From: the human T2T-CHM13v2.0 reference genome, Homo sapiens | Assembly (NCBI RefSeq): GCF_009914755.1 | Contig: NC_060948.1 | DNA: 64,000 bases | Reading direction: 5' to 3' (one strand) | Shown here: piece after piece, positions 57,730 to 64,000 of the stretch | Numbering within the stretch: the stretch's first letter is position 1 | Layout of the letters: the number at the start of each line of letters is the position of its first letter | Translations under genes and position numbers: made by a program | Notes under the pieces: model-generated | The model's input: the letters and a program-made list of their open reading frames with translations, nothing else | Told to the model about the DNA's origin: nothing | The model's database searches: none

Positions 57730-58300
57730 AGATCCATATTTTTTAAATGAAAAAAAATTTCAAAGGTATTCTGCTTGGTACAATAATCAAATGTATAAAC
57801 TGAGGAATAAAACATAACCATGAAACCTACTTATAACTGCATATGGAAAATACAGAGGATAATTTTTTAAATAACATATTTTGAAAGCCTTAACTAGTAA
57901 TTTGAAGAGTTGGCATTTGAAAGGCCAGTATGAATATACCTTCAAAGCAGCAACACAGGTTCCCCATGAGAAAAAGCAAACTCAGGGAAAATAAAACCAC
58001 AAAGGCTCAATCTCTTCTGACCTTTGAAAGACACAGCACAGACAGTGGTCCTTAGGACGAAGAGCAGGAGACCCCTAATTCTGTCACCATGGCGATAGGG
58101 CATAAACATTGCTGGGTAAGGGCACAATCCACATTGTGAGGTCCAACTGCTGCCAGGAAGACAGGAGTGCTTTTACATAGACCGAAAGGTCATTGAAGTC
58201 TCAGAGTTTCGTTTCAAGAACTGAATCCCAAGCCCACACGTTATTAGGCTGCGATTCTTAAAACAAGTTATGAGATGGGAAAAAGGGCACCCACAAACAT
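57730..58300. repeat. HSATI-like complex segment of DYZ2 unit 1
   Basis: ~570 bp of moderate-GC, non-simple sequence following the Alu and repeated in each unit. The name comes from the known AT-rich/Alu/HSATI composition of DYZ2; boundaries are approximate. Confidence 0.75.
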
Positions 58301-60146
<1,846 letters not shown>

Positions 60147-60718
60147 AGATCCATATTTTTTAAATGAAAAACAATTTCAAAGGTACTCTGCTTGGTACAA
60201 TAATCAAATGTATAAACTGAGGAATAAAACATAACCATGAAACCTACTTATAACTGCATATGGAAAATACAGAGGATAATTTTTTAAATAACATATTTTG
60301 AAAGCCTTAACTAGTAATTTGAAGAGTTGGCATTTGAAAGGCCAGTATGAATATACCTTCAAAGCAGCAAGACAGGTTCCCCATGAGAAAAAGCAAACTC
60401 AGGGAAAATAAAACCACAAAGGTTCAATCTCTTCTGACCTTTGAAAGACACAGCACAGACAGTGGTCCTTAGGACGAAGAGCAGGAGACCCCTAATTCCG
60501 TCACCATGGCGATAGGGCATAAACATTGCTGGGTGAGGGTACAATCCACCTTGTGAGGTCCAACTCCTGTCAGGAAGACAGGAGTGCTTTTACATAGACC
60601 GAAAGGTCATTGAAGGCTCAGAGTTTTGTTTCAAGAACTGAATCCCAAGCCCACACGTTATTAGGCTGCGCTTCTTAAAACAAGTTATGAGATGGGAAAA
60701 AGGGCACCCACAAACATA
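60147..60718. repeat. HSATI-like complex segment of DYZ2 unit 2
   Basis: Near-identical copy of 57730-58300. Confidence 0.75.
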
Positions 60719-62268
60719 CGTATACATTATGTATATAATAATATACAGTATCATATATATAATATATATAACCTATGTATAATATTGTTTTATATCCTGC
60801 ATCTTATGTTATATATATTGTATAAAATATAATAATTGATAATATATAAGCTTTATATTTATACAATATGACATATAGTATATATTATAATTTATGACAT
60901 ATATAATATATGTTATATATCATATATAGAATATATTATACGGTTAATATACGTATTAAATATAAATTATACATTATATATATTATATATAATATATCTG
61001 TTATATATAATACCCATTATGCATAATATATATTATGTCTATGTTATATATAGTATAAAACAACACATAATAATATATAATTGTATATATAAAATGCGAC
61101 ATATAATATATATTATATTTTATGACGTATGTAATATATATTATATATTATATATAATACGTTGTATGTATAATACCTATATTAAATATATATTATATGA
61201 CTATGTTATTAATTACATGTCACATGTGTTATATATTATAAATTTTACATAGAATATACCGGTTACATACAATATATACTATGTTACCTACAATGTATAA
61301 TTGATTACATGTAAAATAAAGAATGCAATATATTATGTATAATTTATAATATACAATATGTGGAATGTGATATATATAACATATAATATATGATATATGA
61401 TATACAGTATATGATATGTAACATACAATATATGATACCTAATATATATGGTATACAATATATATTTTATGATATGTATTCTCTATGTTTTATATTCTGT
61501 TATATATAACTATTTGAAATTATATATAACTGTATAATATTTTATGTAAATATGTAATATAATATACATAACTATAGAATATATTATATATAACTATATA
61601 TTATGTTATATATACTTTTATAACATAATTTACATAAAATATCATAATATAATATATATTATATTATTTCATATTACATAATATATATTACATATCACCC
61701 AATATAAGTAACATACATAATATTATAATATAGATTATATTATGTTATATGAAATATCATATATATCATGTATCATATATTCTATAATATATATTATACA
61801 TTATATAATATGTATGTTGTCTATTATGTGATATATATAACTATAAGTATAATTATATTATTATACATATAACTAGATTAACATGTAATTCTACATATTT
61901 TCATTTATAATATATAGAATTATATAATCATATATAATTATATTCTATAAAAAACTATATCATTATATAAATTATAATATATAAAAATTATAATATGTAC
62001 TACAAATATATATATTATATATCATATATGATATAGTACCTTTGTTATATATCATAATACATATAAATGTGTATTATGTTATCTATAATTATATAATTTC
62101 ATATATAAGATGTATAATATGTATTATATATTATATATGTTATGTAATATATATAGTATATATAAGATGACACAGGATAAATATTATGTACTATGACATA
62201 TAAAATATATGAGGTTATACGTTACATATAAGGCATAGCACATAACATGTAATATATATCATATATAA
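60719..62268. repeat. AT-rich degenerate (TA)n block of DYZ2
   Basis: Copy of 58301-59853. Confidence 0.9.
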
Positions 62269-62560
62269 TTTTTTTTTAGACAGATTCTTGTCCTGTTGCA
62301 CAGGGTGGAGTACAATGGCGCCATCTTTGCTCTCTGCAACATCTGCCTCACGGGTCCAAGCGATTGTCCTCCCTCAGCCTCCCAGGTAGCTGGGACTACA
62401 CCACACTGGGACTACACCAGCTGCCACCATGCCTAGCTAATTTTTTGGATTTTTAGTAGTGACAGCGTTTCACTGTAATGGCCAGGATGGTCTTGATCTC
62501 TTCACCTTGTGATCCCCTTGCCTTGGCCTCCAAATTTGCTGGGATTACAGGCCTGAGCCA
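62269..62560 (-). mobile_element. Diverged Alu in DYZ2 unit 3
   Basis: Same Alu reverse-complement structure, ending gggattacaggcctgagcca. Confidence 0.95.
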
Positions 62561-63131
62561 AGATCCATATTTTTTAAATGAAAAAAAATTTCAAATGTAC
62601 TCTGCTTGGTACAATAATCAAATGTATAAACTGAGCAATAAAACATAACCATGAAACCTACTTATAACTGCATATGGAAAATACAGAGGATAATTTTTTA
62701 AATAACATATTTTGAAAGCCTTAACTAGTAATTTGAAGAGTTGGCATTTGAAAGGCCAGTATGAATATACCTTCAAAGCAGCAACACAGGTTCCCCATGA
62801 GAAAAAGCAAACTCAGGGAAAATAAAACCACAAAGGTTCAATCTCTTCTGACCTTTGAAAGACACAGCACAGACAGTGGTCCTTAGGACGAAGAGCAGGA
62901 GACCCCTAATTCCGTCACCATGGCGATAGGGCATAAACATTGCTGGGTGAGGGCACAATCCACATTGTGAGGTCCAACTGCTGCCAGGAAGACAGGAGTG
63001 CTTTTACATAGACCGAAAGGTCATTGAAGGCTCAGAGTTTTGTTTCAAGAACTGAATCCCAAGCCCACACGTTATTAGGCTGCGCTTCTTAAAACAAGTT
63101 ATGAGATGGGAAAAAGGGCACCCACAAACAT
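62561..63131. repeat. HSATI-like complex segment of DYZ2 unit 3
   Basis: Near-identical copy of 57730-58300. Confidence 0.75.
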
Positions 63132-64000
63132 ACATATACATTATGTATATAAAAATATACAGTAACATATATATAATATATATAACCTATGTATAATATT
63201 GTTTTACATCCTGCATCTTATATTATATGTATTGTATAAAATATAATAATTGATAATATATAATTTTTTATTTATACAATATGACATATAGTATATATTA
63301 TAATTTATGACATATATAATATATGTTATATATCATATATAGAATATATTATACGGTTAATATACGTATTAAATATAAATTATACATTATATATATTATA
63401 TATAATATATCTGTTATATATAATACCCATTATGCATAATATATATATTATGTCTATGTCATATATAGTATAAAACAACATATAATAATATATATTTGTA
63501 TATATAAAATGTGACATATAATATATATTATATTTTATGACATATGTAATATATATTATATATTATATATAATACGTTGTATGTATAATACCTATATTAA
63601 ATATATATTATATGACTATGTTATTAATTACATATCACATATGTTATATATTATATATTTTACATAGAATATACCGGTTACATACAATATATACTATGTT
63701 ACCTATAATGTATAATTTATTACATGTAAAATAAAGAATGCAATATATTATGTATAATTTATAATATACAATATGTGGAATGTGATATATATAACATATA
63801 ATATATGATATATGATATACAGTATATGATATATAACATACAATATATGATACCTAATATATATGGTATACAATATATATTTTATGATATGTATTCTATA
63901 TGTTTTATATTCTGTTATATATAACTATTTGAAATTATATATAACAGTATAATATTTTATGTAAATATGTAATATAATATATATAACTATATAATATATT
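63132..64000. repeat. AT-rich degenerate (TA)n block of DYZ2 (runs off the window)
   Basis: Copy of 58301-59170. Confidence 0.9.

Overview
This window is human Y-chromosome heterochromatin (Yq12) spanning a DYZ1-to-DYZ2 array boundary. Bases 1-56748 hold about 16 head-to-tail copies of the ~3.55 kb DYZ1 (HSat3, degenerate GGAAT) unit. Bases 56749-64000 hold three head-to-tail ~2.42 kb DYZ2 (HSat1B) units, each made of AT-rich sequence, a minus-strand Alu and an HSATI-like segment. No genes are supportable: every ORF in the track is a by-product of satellite periodicity, and I see no new gene-encoded system. The most interesting signals are: (i) three perfect heat-shock elements (nGAAnnTTCnnGAAn) at fixed positions in the DYZ1 unit, formed by in-register GAA-to-TTC flips; (ii) a junction best explained by two microhomology-mediated steps; (iii) a readable history of 1-, 2- and 3-unit duplications and mosaicism in DYZ1; (iv) AluSc-like diagnostic bases and a 16-bp internal duplication in the DYZ2 Alu. 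DYZ1 units U1-U16 are numbered from a landmark recurring at 297, 3831, 7360, 10928, 14497, 18045, 21589, 25118, 28666, 32205, 35749, 39303, 42857, 46386, 49940 and 53494. All counts were made by eye.
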